Shown piece after piece: positions 1 to 13,645 of a DNA stretch of 64,000 nucleotides. The translations under genes and the position numbers were made by a program. The stretch is from assembly GCA_037379345.1 (NCBI GenBank), contig CM074511.1:24907171-24971170 (forward strand). Direction: 5' to 3'. Below the pieces are notes generated by a model. That model had not been told where the DNA came from, ran no database searches, and was given only the letters and a program-made list of their open reading frames with translations. The first letter of the stretch is position 1; each line of letters starts with the position of its first letter. This stretch comes from Perna viridis. Its lineage: Eukaryota.

Positions 1-1596
1 CGGTTGACTCCTAATCCGCTATGACATATGCTATCAGTGACGACTGTAATAATCGGGTGGACCAAAGATATCATAGATACCCTAAATTGTGCTGAAGTTT
101 GTTTTATTGTAGGAGGTAGTCTGAAGTATGATTTATGAGAATAGGTGCTTTTTTTTCGTCATTCTCTCATTGAATATCTGTTCCAGGTACATGTAAAATT
201 AAATTCTCCCATTGAATATCTGTTCCTGGACATTAAAAATTTATCTAGCAGCACTGTACTTTTCATTGCTCCTTTATGTGTTGTTTGACCAATAAAGATC
301 TCGTATTGAATGATTGATAAGTTTCTTCTATTTAAGATCCTTGTTTTTTTTTACGGTATCACTGTTGTTGATGTGTTATGTCATTTGTAGTCTGCCCATC
401 AAAATGGCATTCATTATGCAAACTAAATTAGATTTGATTTGATCTGTAGGTTGTTTTTTTCAATTTCATACTGGCTGTTAGACTTGATTTGATATCATTC
501 TATTGATAGATTATGCCATAGATATAAATTCAAAAATAAAGACTCTGAAGCACAAGAGACCATCATCCTTCCATTGTTGCCTGGACTGATTTATTTACAA
601 TGGTTATTCCTTATACAAAGGATCTTGAACAAACCTGTCCACCTTCAGAATTTTATCTTTGGTGTACTTTACATGTTCTTGATAATGCAGGGTCATGAAC
701 TTTTCCAATTAATAAATCAGACTCTTTAAGTCCAAGTATTGACCCAATTTCTCATGTTTCCATGACGGCCTAGTAATGTCTTCCTTAAGTCTTGATTGAA
801 AATTACCAAATCTAATAAATGTTAATGTTTTGTGTTTTGTTCTTCCATTGTATTGCCTGCCTTCCATAACTCTTGTTTCTATGTCACTCCCTGATTGCCT
901 AATTTCACTTGATCTATTCTTTGCCTGATTTGCCAATTTTTTAGTGTCTTGCTGATTTTACAATGAAATACAACTTCTAAAGTATGTTCTTATATTTGCC
1001 TCAAAATTGTCCAGTGGTTTATTTCCATCTGGTTTCCATATTGCCTATGTATTTAGTTGCCTGCTAGCTTTACTTTGAAGATCACTTTCTTGCCTGATTA
1101 TTGCCTTTTAACTTGCCTAATTTGCACTGGTTACCCCAGGTTACCTCCTGACTTTAATCAGAGTGACCAGACTACATCTTAAGGTTCACAACTCTGATCT
1201 CTGAGTTATTACCTGTCTATATCAGCTGGGAAGGCTATAAAGAATTATGTTTTTATTAAAGGGTCCTGCTGAGCCCATCAGATTGAATGACTTGAGATTT
1301 ATTGTACACAGCAGGAAGGGCATGTTATGTATTGCTAACCTGCTAAAAATCATTGTACTTATCAATTAAGACCTCTTAGCTTGTGAATTGGGGTGAAGCA
1401 GGTTAATTATACTTTATTGGTTTGGCAAGATGAAAATATTGCCTGCTTTGCTCTTTGATTGAAGCATCTGTGACCAGAAACTCACTGTTGATAGTTATAG
1501 CAATGTACTTTCCTAGTAAAGAGATGTGTCCATTGTGCAGATATGTATCCAAATCTCACAACAGAATAAATATATACAAGGCAAGTGTAGTGATTC

Positions 1597-1757
1597 AGAT
1601 GGAGGCCTAAGATAATGTTAGTGATGAACCATTGAGTTAGAAATGAACAGACTTAATCACTTGATCATGGAGAAGTTTACTGAAGATGGCTAAAGACAGA
1701 CAAAAGTGGCATACCTTTGTTGCTGCCACAAATACCAATTTATGTAATGGGCAGTAA
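1597..1757 (+). mobile_element. Decayed 3' end of an RTE-like non-LTR retrotransposon ORF
   Basis: With two frameshifts it reads RWRPKI..TIELEMNRLNH..SWRSLLKMAKDRQKWHTFVAATNTNLCNGQ*. This resembles the RTE C-terminal pattern RGRPxxxW...W...AxDRxxW; recognised from memory, not from a search. Confidence 0.65.
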
Positions 1758-4700
1758 TTGTAATGGTGGAGCACATTGCACTTCGAAGACATATGGAATA
1801 CTGAATACAATTACACATTTTACTGCAGCTTATTCCACCATTGTGGGTAAACACTGTTCTTGAATGCTGACATGTTTTAGTGTCTGTACCATAGTTTAAG
1901 ACATGGCTAAATGCTCACTTGATTGCTTGCCCCATCAAACGTCAAGTAAGAAAACATTAACAGTAAATGCTTAGAATGCAGTTTCTTCAGGATTTTTGAA
2001 TGATAAGCCCTTTTGAACAATCATAGAAATTTTGCCAAAGTTTATTATCGAGATACTGACAGATTTAGCCTTAATGATTGGAAAATAACTGTGAATTATC
2101 AGATTTGATGGATTATCCAGGGCTCATACATTGCAGATAGCTAAACCTTGATATTAAATACCTATTTTATTGCCATAGAAGTAGATTTCCACCTGTGAAA
2201 AATTTTACTAATTGCATATCTCTTATGAAGAAGTAATGGGTATCCAAACCACAAACTTGTCTTCTCCACTGTGGTCTCCCCAGAAGAGAACTTGGCTTGA
2301 CGTCACTTTCATTTGTTTTCCCTAATGTAGCTATAAAGCACCAACTCTTCCCATAGACTCTCTCAAATGATGTTTGAGCTGTGATCCCATTCACATCTGT
2401 ATTTTTGGTGCTACATATCATTAGATTGTTGGTTTTAATACCATTGTTGGAACCTACTCTTGGTAATTTCTCATATCATTTAGGTATGAAACATCAAACT
2501 TGGGATTAAGATGATGTTTTATTATACTGGAATGAATTGAACACACTGTTTATACAATATATATTGTTGTTAGTTTAGAAACAATTACTTGAATTTCAGT
2601 CTCTTTGAGATGAATATCATTTTATCATTTTTTGCAATATGTAGGATTAAAGTGGAAATTCCAAACTGATGCACATTTATGAAATGAAAATAACTCAATA
2701 ATTCCATATGGTATTTTGCAGATTTACATGGTATCGTGACATTATATATAACATTTTGTTTCTTATTAGAGTAGTGATGCATTTCTGTAGATTGCTGTAA
2801 AATATATCAGTAAAGGGACATCTACCTTCTACCAGTCACAAAGCTGTATTTGAATGGTGATATGACCTACATATTTTCATATGCACATGACTAACAGAAT
2901 CTTGCATGGAATTTGGTTTTCTTTTGTTTTTTACCAATAGTTCCCACTATACACATGACTTTGACAGAATCTTGCATGGAATTTTGTCAATCTTTAAATT
3001 CTGTTTTCCTATGCTTTTTTCAATAGTTCCCACTTGGCAGATTGAAGAGGAATGGTAATAGAAATATAATCATCCCAACTTTGATAAGGTTCATAACACT
3101 TTTCATCAATGAACATCAAAATTGTTGTATAATCTACAGAGTTTCTCAGGATCAAATGCCATTTAATTTGGAAAACAGTTACACAATCACTGAACTTGCT
3201 GTATCGAAGTTTTCTAATTGAATAATAAGAATTTTCAGACACCAGAAGTAAGGTTCTATTGAAATAACATCCTCTATTTTGGCTGCTGATTTGTTTATGC
3301 ATGTGGATTTTTTATTCGGTGAGGTAATGCTTGATTATCGAGCACGGTGGTTGTCTGGGAATAGAATTCCGATCTCACCTTTATTTGCAATTGATGGGTG
3401 AGAGTAAATGAAACTTTATTAACACCTCTGCTGTAGGTCATACAAAATTACTGGTACCTATGGGACCCAGTTTGCAATTTCTTTGCTTCTGGCTCAAAAC
3501 TTATTGACTTCACATTTATGGGCTTGCACTTTTATGATAAAACGCTGTCAAGTCGATCATTTTGCTCTGCAAGCTTTGTAGTCCAAGAATTGCATGAATA
3601 TTGCATTTCTTTATTCATTGCAATGCTTCTCAGCGAAGCCATCTGTCAATGTTAAATTTTGTTATTTTTCTTGGTTTGTGGGACACAGTGTGAGGCAAGA
3701 AACAGACAGAAGTATTATTTACCCAACTTATTAAAGTTTTTATTTTCATTTAGATTTTAAACAATCATTTCATTGTACGAATGTTTTGCTTAGATTTTAA
3801 AATATGTCATCTTAGCAGCTTGACCTATCTTTGACTAAGTTTATTTCTCTGTTTGGGAGGCTATTGTGTTTTATTACACATTTTTATAATTTTATTATTT
3901 TAATTTTATGTCATATTTTCATGTTTCATGGTTAAACATATAACAATCTAAATGAATTTTCTTCTCAATTTCAAACAATGGTGTTTGAATTTACCAATAT
4001 TTTTAGACTTTATTACTGCTATACCATATTTATAAACATTCTGCAAATATTGCACAGTCAAGGTTCTTTTGTTATGCACCAGTCTTCAATTCCATTTCTC
4101 ATTTAATTTAGACATTAATTTTATCAGTTGTGAAATCTTTGGTAGGAATTCGACTTTCATCTTCATTTTATGATAAGATAATTAACTAAGAAAATGTTAG
4201 CCATATCTTAGGGATGGGGTTTATGCATAAAATGCTGATGTACAAAATTCATTAAAATATGATGAATTCCTTTTCGATTCATATTTTATTTCAAGATCAG
4301 CAGGTTATTTAACCATAAACAACTTTATTACTCAGAAAATGAAGAAATTATTTTCATTCATAAAAAAATGTATCTGTAGCTTTTTGATCATATGATAAAT
4401 CTGATAAAATTCAACATAAATTTAAGATGTATTAACTTTATTTAAAATGATAAATGTACAGTTTGTCATGAAATGACAACTAGAAAGGTAGCTCAATTTC
4501 CACTAAGTTGATATTGATTGTCAAATAGAATTATATAAATGGTTTAGAGTTATCTCCCCATTATAGCATCTTTCAAAAGCTTTAAAGGGCATTAAATTTG
4601 AATGGACATCATGGATAAAACCTATTCCTATGGTTCTGCTTAGGGTATTTGACCAGTAGTAAATCTTCAGAAATGCGTTGAAATAAATGACACAGGAAGT

Positions 4701-5274
4701 TGTGGACATGGTTGGTTTTTACTGTGATATGATTATTGTCATTTAGATGACAAGTGTAAATTGGAAAGTGTGATCTATGGTGAAAGATTTACAAAGCTAC
4801 CATTAGATTTAACCCCTCTTTCACCTTGCGGATATAATCCTGGGTAATGTTCATGGATTTAACCCTTGTTGAAAAAATATGGTGTTAATTTCTTTCTTAT
4901 TTTGTCTCATTTTACAGTCTTGTCTGTCCATAATTCAATCTTGCTTTATAGATGATTACTCACTGTTAGGTTTTATATTCAGATAGTAATGATACTTCAT
5001 TTTGTGGCATATTATTTTGTTTAAAGGGTATAAAAGGCATGTAAAGTGTGGTATGCCTTTTTCATTTCATATTTATTGCAGTAGTACACATAATTCTTTA
5101 AATGAGTATGGAACATTTTGTTTCAAAGTTCCTTTTGCCATAAGTACAGTGTCAAAATTTGTCAAGCTGCAGAAATGTGAGTGCTGCCATATTTAAAAAT
5201 GTTCTTTTGAACTCCTAGATTCTATTATCAGTATAACTAAGAAGGTTTTTAACATTCAGAATTATTCGAATTTG

Positions 5275-5493
5275 GAATTATTTTGGAATTAAGGAAATGG
5301 GTAAAAACAAATAAGTAAGAATAACCTTTACTAAGGGGGTTAGTCATGCTGGCATGTCTAAGAGGTTGGGTTAGTTGGATAACAAAAGGCAAGGAAAAGA
5401 TAATACCCCAGTCATGACAACAATGTCTAAATCCCTTAGTAGGGTTAAATTTTATGATTTTTTTAACTCATTTTCTAAATTCCAAAATAATTC
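5275..5493. mobile_element. Foldback/MITE-like element with long imperfect inverted arms
   Basis: attatttttggaattaaggaaatgggtaaaaa...taacctttactaaggggg pairs with the reverse complement of tcccttagtagggtta...tttttaactcattttctaaattccaaaataat. Confidence 0.65.
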
Positions 5494-6084
5494 TAAACTT
5501 TAATAATACCCTGTTTCGACTACATTTTACAGTCTCAAAGGATTGGTCCATTATCAGTATCAAATTTCTCAGCAACAAGTTATGGTTTCCATCAGATATT
5601 TCCTACTGGGTTTTGGAGTTCTAGAATAGAGTGTTAGGCATTTCAATTAACCCTCTCTTTGAATTTGTCCTATGTTTCATGGTTATAATTGTTATGTCTC
5701 CATTTTTCTTCTGTGAACAGATCATTAATCTTATTTGACATCTCTTTATAGAGCATAAAAATCTGTTTAAATTTGGACAATAAGAGTACAATATAAGGAT
5801 GGTGTATCAAAAAGTTATTAATCAGTTTTAACAAAATAAATCAACATTCTTCCCCTTTTTTGGTCAGTCTCGCTTTCTTTGTTATGGTCACTGAACTATA
5901 TTTTTTGATAGGTTTCAACAATGCTGTTATTGAAATGAAAGAAATTTAATTTTGTTTACTTGTAAATTTTTTAATATTTTTGCTATGAAGTACTTGGTAC
6001 GAGCATATGTATTTGGCACAAGAATAATTTTAAGGTCACTTACACTTTTTGACTTATTGAGATTTTTACTTTTTCAATACACAG

Positions 6085-6120
6085 GTGTGACATGGAGTGC
6101 CCAAGTCACTGCTCTGTAAG
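6085..6120 (+). other. Candidate 36-nt cassette micro-exon (R)CDMECPSHCSV(R)
   Basis: Long pyrimidine tract ...caatacacag| and aag|gtatat. Open only in phase 2, which is the phase of the host intron. Confidence 0.25.
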
Positions 6121-7271
6121 GTATATTTTGTACAGTCATTGATTGTATATGCTGTGTACAAATTGCCTACAATATAATGGTAGGTAGTAATCAAGGGAAT
6201 CAATATTCAAGTAGAAATCAAAAGAATGTTATCCAGGGACAAAGACCAGACATGGAAGGCAGAAAACACATCAAAGAACATAAAACAACAAAAATAATAC
6301 TTACAAAGCAACAAACATATTTGAGCAGTTCAGACTCCTCTATAAAGTGGGAGCATGGACCAGGTGCACTGGTAGGGTAAGCGTTCTCTGATTTTGTAGA
6401 AACACCTGCAGAACTGTTATTTGAGTTTCTTTACTACTATAGTCTATTGTATCACTACTAACTGTACTAATATGACTATAAAATCATTAAGCATCTTTGT
6501 CTTCTGATGTTGGGAGTCTTGGCAAGACCAAATCTGAGAAGTGCTGGAAGAAGGACCATACTTTTAATCTAAATCTGTATTTGTGATTGCCCAAATTTTG
6601 AAATCAGTTTCCATAATCTTACAACAAATATTTTATACATAGGGATAATGATGGAGTGGTTGATGATAGATTAATGAAGGAGTTATCAGTTTATTTCTCT
6701 GATCCATGTAATTTTTAGGTATGTGATAACCTTCTGAAGATAAGTCATGATTAATGACAGTATACTCTGCTGAGGAGCGTGTGTCCCACACGCTTATGAT
6801 TGCTGAATAATTCTCCAGCACTACCTCATAATCACCTTAAATTCATTAGTACTGATAACTCTTCAGAGGAATTAAGAGGTTGGAATTGTAAGGAGGCTAT
6901 TAAGAAGTATAAATTGATTTCCATCTGTGAGGAGTAAGATTATAATGTTATGAACCTTTTTACTAATTTCAATCTTGTAAGAAATTAACACAAGAAGAAT
7001 AATTCTCTTTAAAGTACTTCTCTGTCTAGGAATCAGGTAAAATGTGTTTAAGGTGTGGCCCATGAAGAAAATGAATGCAGGGATATTTTTTTGCATTTTA
7101 CATGTATCTATACTTCATACACTCTTTAAATAGCCTTCAAGGTGTTTGTTCAGTTAGCCTAATTAAGGTACTGATAGGTCAATTTAGTTGAAATGAACTG
7201 TGTAAAAGTGGGGGGGAAAAATTTCCTGCTTTTTTTTCCTTTTATAAACAATAAAAAAATATCCATGTGGT

Positions 7272-7404
7272 AGATGCTTCAAGATGAATTTAAAAAATAC
7301 CTTTTTCAGTTGTTTTCTACATGTATTGAATATATTTGAGGCATAAAAGACCAAATTGAGAAAAAATATGTGCCATCCATTGCCTGATTCTTACACAGAA
7401 TGGT
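7272..7404 (+). repeat. Dispersed repeat, copy 1 (copy 2 at 13519-13645)
   Basis: Shared agttgttttctacatgtattgaatatatttgaggcat core and alignable flanks over about 130 bp. Confidence 0.85.
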
Positions 7405-8759
7405 ACTTAACTACTTTTGCATGTATCATTTTTCAACTTCTTACAGTTTTTTTCCCCCACATGTAATAACATTGTTTCCCACTCTCAACAAGGCTAAAGT
7501 TTTCACATTAGAAAAGTCATGCAGTTACGAAAATTGTGAGTCATGACCGTATGATGTATAAATTACCAACTTGAAGACCTGAAGTTTATCCTTCTAAACA
7601 GATATACTATATACTAAAGAATTTAGAGTTATTCCAATGATTAATAGTTTTATCTAGTCTCCCAGACATGTCAAGCACTTTTTTGATACCAAATGAAAGC
7701 ATTTTGTCTTTGATAAACTTGTCAACAGGCATGTTTTGGTCTTAATTTATATTACTCTGAGATGCATGTTTTAAAACATCGGTATTGTCAAGTTATATCC
7801 ATACGGTCTTTAATTTCAATACTATCATAAATAAAAGATTTAGCAGGGGACGAAATTATCCATTTTCTTCACTTAGTCATTTACCTGGAATGCACAGTAG
7901 TGGATTATCTGTGATACATAGAAACTTGGGGATGGTTGTATCATGTATGATATTTAAAAACTCGTGCAATGGGTGCTTTTAAAGGCTTAGGATAAATAAA
8001 GTGGTTTACCCACTCATTGTCTATTTCAGTGGTTACTGTGGGTTTTCTCCACTTTGAGTATTTTTCAGGAGAAGTGCTTTGTGCTAGTTTTGTGTATGTG
8101 GGCAGTTATTTCGTCTGGTTTGGCTTATCAACAACCATGGATGATATATATGACTCATAATATTTGTCTTCATTTTGAGTTTTTTTTTTCAAGAGGAGAA
8201 GTGTTCCGAGCTAGTTCTGTATCTATATGCTTTGGTTATGTCTGGTTTGGCTTACTGACAACCACCAAGGATATATATGACTCATAAAATTGCAAACTTG
8301 CTTCTTTTTTCTTCTCACTACATATAATTTAAGATACATTGTACATATGTCAAAATTGTCTTTTTTTATAAATTGAAATGAATTGCAGAGGCATGTTTAT
8401 AAGTGGGATATATGCTTCATCCTTCATTGATTTCTAATGTAACATAAAAGATGTCTTGTTTATGGTATCTAACATTCGATTCTTTAAACGCATTACCACT
8501 GCAACTAAAAAAGAAACACAAAACAAACTCTGTCTGGAACAGTGCACTTGAATTCTGTTGAACAGCGGTGGTAATCTTTTGCTTACATCATTATTTGACC
8601 ACAATTAATAATAATAATTCATCTTAGTCATTCATAAGTTTTCTCAGATGTATTGCACCCATTATGCAAAAATCTGAGCATGAATTATCATAAGTTTTGC
8701 ATACTAAGAAAGAGTGTTTTTGGCATGTGTGATCCTTATGTTTAAAGTAGCTGTCTTTG

Positions 8760-9124
8760 TAAGAATCATGCAAAATCTGAAAAATGTGATACACACCCAA
8801 AAAGGCTACATATTTTTATTTTTGTAATTAAGTTGTTTTGTGGGTCTATACTTTGAAATGTGTAATTATTAATTCAAATCTGCCTGCTCTTAGGAGATAA
8901 TCGACATTGAAAATACAGTAGATTCTATTGTATTTGAGTGCCATTTACAGAGTTATCTCCCTTAATTTTGAAATCTGTGCATTCTATTCAATTTTTATCT
9001 CCTAAGAGCATGGGTTGTATGAAAAACTACATTTATTTCTGTTTACTATGACATTTCAAACAAAATATAAAAAATAAAAATATGTAGGCTTTTTACCCAT
9101 TAATCACATTTTGCATGATCCTTA
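8760..9124. mobile_element. Foldback MITE-like element
   Basis: Left taagaatcatgcaaaat...aaaaggctacatatttttatttt...tgctcttaggagataa mirrors right ttatctcctaagagca...aaaataaaaatatgtaggcttttt...attttgcatgatcctta. Confidence 0.75.
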
Positions 9125-10531
9125 GCTGGAGTGCTACTTAATTTTACTGAAGAGTATAAATAGAATATTGACTACATAACTTTCAATAAGAAAATCTTAA
9201 AACATAATCTATAACCACAATATAGACTTTATAGTCCTTTTTAATATGTTTCTGTTTTTTGTAATAAAGAATTTAGAAGGTTGTAATGAAAACAATTCAC
9301 TAGGGTTTAAAGAATAAAGTAACTTCTTTATAAAGAAGTTTTGTACAAGAATGCATTTTATGGTCCCCACTTTAATTAGTTCCACGATTGACTAATGTCC
9401 TGAAAATGTCTTTTTTCAACTGAAAAAAGCATCTTAAATGAATAATGAGAAAAAAAAACTTGTTGTAATCTAAATTTACTGCTCTTGTATTTGTCGCAGA
9501 ATCATACCTCAAAGGGGTATTGAATACATGTATAATAAAATACTTTTACCTTACAATGTAATTGGATGGGCTAACTGGTACGCTTACTTAGATGAGCGCC
9601 ACCTAGTGTATGACATGCATCTACACCAACATTCACCTCAGCAAAATCACCATTCAGATAAGTCAAGTTCAGTGCAATAATTCATTTGATTACCATTTTT
9701 AATGTATTTTTTACATTTTTAAAATGCATGTGTTTTATAGGAAGAATGCAATGCTATAAATTATATTCTGTTGAAGTGTATGTAGTGTGAAGGATGGGTG
9801 CATTTATACCCAGAGTTCACAGCATTGACATAACTCATTCAGTACTGGGGTTAAAGTCATGATTTGATTTTATTCAGTAGCCATTTATTACATTGCTGTG
9901 CACAGTTTGACAACATAAAATGTTTTGCAATAATTTCAAAATATATTCACTGTTCATGAATTGAATCTTTGAGTTGAAATCTTTCCTTCATCAGTTTATC
10001 AAAATTTCAAACATGCAGACATCTTGATGAAAAATTACACAGTCTGTTGACGATTTCTACCAGGAATACATGTCAAGGTATTGTGTACTTGATACCATCA
10101 AATGAATACACTCCATGCCGGCTAAGAAGCATCATAGGTTCATGCATTGTTGAACAGTATTGCTATACTGTAAATTGCGAACCAGCCTTCTTTACATTGC
10201 TACATATTCAGACTTTTTGTCTTCAAGGCATGATGAAAACTTGTCATGAGAGAAGAAAACTAGGAGAAAAAAGTTAATCAGACAATGAAATTAACCTTCA
10301 AAACTATAAACCAAAGAATTGTCATCAAATCATTTAATAAGACATAGTCAAACCTGTTTCAGTGACTGCCTCTATTCAGCAAAAAACTGCTTTAAAATAC
10401 TATGTATTGCATTCTATGTAAATTTAACACATGTATAAAGGTTACCTGTTTTATGTAACCAGGATTTTTGAAGGTGACTTAAAAAATTTTAAAAAGTTAC
10501 TTCATGTAAAAGAATTACAGTGAAACCTGTC

Positions 10532-10751
10532 TTAAGGAGGTAGACCTAAGGTAAGGGACATAACTCTTGCAAATCATTGGAATGTTTGTATTCAGCATTT
10601 TACATTAATCTCATGTAAGCATCAAAGTAAATTTGACTGGTTTCATTCTGTTTTAAATGAAAGCCTGAGAGGCTTTAGTGAAATTGAATATGATACAAAC
10701 ATTTCACTGATTTCAAGAGTTGTTTCCCTTACCCTTGGTCTACCTCTTTAA
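10532..10751 (+). mobile_element. Non-autonomous DNA transposon with ~40-bp TIRs and TTAA flanks (Kolobok-like)
   Basis: TTAA-ggaggtagacctaaggtaagggacataactcttgcaaatc ... gatttcaagagttgtttcccttacccttggtctacctct-TTAA; second copy at 39326-39502. A TTAA site with purine-purine 5' ends fits Kolobok rather than piggyBac. Confidence 0.8.
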
Positions 10752-12531
10752 GATAGGTTTTAATGTACTTTGTTACATGTAGTATTTTTTTTTGGAGTTG
10801 GGTTGCTAAGGTCTACTTGATAAGTATGTGACTGTCTTTGAATTACAATAAATATGTAGTGCCTGTTTTTAATTTTCTTGGTGTTCACTTTCATTGGTGG
10901 ATTGGACTGTTCAGATTATTGACCTTTCAGTACTTGTAATGTGTGGAAGAAGTCACTGCAGCATGGACTTACTTGAATTAACACAGCATTGTACTGATTC
11001 TTGCATGTCTGTTGGCCTACCTTCTTGAAATTTATGATTAAAATAGAAGAAATCGGACATCAACCTTTATGATCTAGATTAAGGAGAAATTTCTTTTGAC
11101 CAGCTTTACTCACCTGAAATGAACTTTTGCTTTTGGTCATTTGTTGTGACGGTTCCTACAGGGAAGTTGGATTAGTCTTATCAACAGTTCCTACAGGGAA
11201 GTGGATTAGTCTTACTGTATCATAATCTACTAAGTTTGCACTCCCTGTGTGTTCTTTATTTAGTATTTTGGAACAATGAAGGGGTCGGGATTGGCTAAAT
11301 GTGATCAAAGTAGCACGCAACAATAACTGGTCGTAAATTATGTTCTTATTTTTATAATATCATAATTTGAGGAGATTTTGTCATTACATCATGAAAAGCT
11401 TCATAGGGGGTTCATTTAAGGATGATCCACACCTGGGGTTATCTTTTCCTGATTCTACTTTAGTGTGACAGTTACTTGGTTTGTACCTAGCTGCACATCA
11501 AACCTTTTTATGTTAGGTAAACTATCTTGATCTTTTAAACTGCTCTGCACCAATTTGTCAAACTATAACTTTAGTCTATTGAAATTTACAGTGATATAGG
11601 TGATTTGAGGTTGTCGTTTCAATCACATACCATTTGATCAAAGCACTTTAAAGTAATCTGAGTCACATGTGTCCAAAATCTGAGAAAAGACTAAAAGAAG
11701 CTATCAAGAAAATTTAAAGATCAACTTTTGGCCTTCAAATTGTTTTCAATTGTAGTTATTTTCATTTAAAAATATTTATACCATTCATAAATTTCTGTAG
11801 CTAGCACTCCACGGTACTGTGTTTCTAAAATAGGATAAAATGACTTGATCAAATATTGGGTTCAGTTAAGGTGATAGTTTTTTTTTTTTTAAATTTGAAG
11901 TGAAAAATGCAGTTTTCTTAAATTTGAATGAAGACAAATTTTTTTTATGCTTCTTGTTTTTTTATTTGAAATTACTACTTTATCAATTGTGATAACTTAC
12001 ATTGTTCCAAGTAAACTTAAATATGATATTTATTGAATATACAAGAATATGGAAATATGATTCTCTTTCTTTCAGAATAATGGAGAATCTATATTTAATT
12101 GAAGTGACATTGAAGCATTGAAGTGTCAGTATGAATCCATTGTATAGGGGTCGTGGGTCTATTGTGTACATACTGACCCTGACCAATGTGACTTACTGGC
12201 CTGCTCATCATTTCAACCATAAATATGACTTCAAATTAATATTCAAATTTATATTCTTGATTTAAGGTTGTATCTTTGAAACTTAAGAATAGATCATATG
12301 ACTATTTGGAACATGGCACCATGGTATGTGAATATCATGATAATTTAACTACAATACATGTACAGAGGTTTTTAGTAGATGTAAATTTTCACAGTTGATG
12401 TAAAATACCATGGTTTTCAGTAGGTTCATCATTTACAAAATGTCTCTTATTTTGGCAAATGAGAAATGGGTGTCATGCTATTTTAGTTTTACTTTCTACT
12501 ATTTGCCAAAATTAGGACATAAAAATATAAT

Positions 12532-12909
12532 TACTGTGAAATCTGCCTAAACCAAACACTGTAAAATCCAAAACCCTGTGTAAGCCATACAGGTTTAGAA
12601 GTTCCTATACACTGGCAAATATTTTTCATGTGAAATTCATGTTAATCGAGCTTCACATGAAATTCACTTGAACTTCACATGAAATTGACATAACACTGAT
12701 TGCATATGAACAATTCATGTGAATTTCATGTGAAGGCTTGATTCACCCAAGTTTATTTGCTTAATTCAGATGAAAATCGTGAAATTCGTGTGAAAATCAT
12801 GTGAAATAATTTTCCCTGTGTATATCAGTTCAACTGTATTTTGAACCTTAGTTAATGGAACATCTGCCTTAAATGAACCAAAGTCCAAAAGGGGTTCAGT
12901 TTAACTGTA
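12532..12909. mobile_element. Degenerate MITE of the TACAGTGAAACCTGTCTAAAC-ended family, interrupted by another element
   Basis: Starts tactgtgaaatctgcctaaaccaaacactg (compare 35178) and ends ggttcagtttaactgta. Confidence 0.5.
12606..12824. mobile_element. MITE with internal TTCACATGAA/TTCATGTGAA subrepeats
   Basis: Ends tatacactggcaaatattt / aataattttccctgtgtata are imperfect inverted repeats; the interior is built of ~11-bp subrepeats in both orientations. Confidence 0.65.
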
Positions 12910-13518
12910 TATGATGGTTTGTAGTGGTTAAAAGTTAATTCCTGGGAAGACTGAAAAGAGTCAAGAAGAATCCATTTAAAGTTACGATTTCTGTTGACAG
13001 TATAAAAAAGGGATATTTGTCCTACAAAATTGAGATTTAATCCTTTTCCAAACTGTAACCATGTCAATTTTTGCTTTGATGACTTCTTTGAGTTGACATT
13101 CAAATGTAGGACAGTTGGGTACAGTTTGATGAGATGTCAATTTGGTAATGTGTAATTTTGTTGTAAAGATCATTTCACCATTGAACCTGTAAGTAGCTGG
13201 AGTTCTTATAGAGCAATATTATTTCTATTGATGATAACACAATGTTTGAAATTTTTAAATACTTCTTTGTCTATGAATCAGGCAAAATGAGTATAGGGGT
13301 GTTACATTTAGAAAACATGCTTCTTTGTGGTATGATTTCATTATCCAAGTACTTATACCTCACAACGTCCAGAAATTAACATCTAAGTGTTCTACTTTAA
13401 AGATTGCTGTTTTAAAATATTGATTGGTCAAATTTAATTGAAATGCACTATGTAAAAATGGTGTGAAAAATTTTATGGTACTTTTTCCATATAAGCAGTC
13501 ATGAAATATTTTCCTCAC

Positions 13519-13645
13519 AGATGCTTCAGGATAAATTTAAATAGCTTTTTAGTTGTTTTCTACATGTATTGAATATATTTGAGGCATGAAAGACCAAATT
13601 AAGAAAAATGATGTGTCCCCATGCCTTATTCTTACCCAGAATGGT
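13519..13645 (+). repeat. Dispersed repeat, copy 2 (copy 1 at 7272-7404)
   Basis: Direct alignment to 7272-7404. Confidence 0.85.

Noticed and set aside
6226-6420. Resemblance, shared with 56965-57110, to an abundant mussel-type interspersed repeat
   Set aside because: Based on recollection only and too degenerate to delimit; used only as a weak taxonomic hint.
11107-11119. Minus-strand tttcag|gtgagt acceptor-donor junction
   Set aside because: Antisense to the only gene seen, with no partner exons; probably chance.
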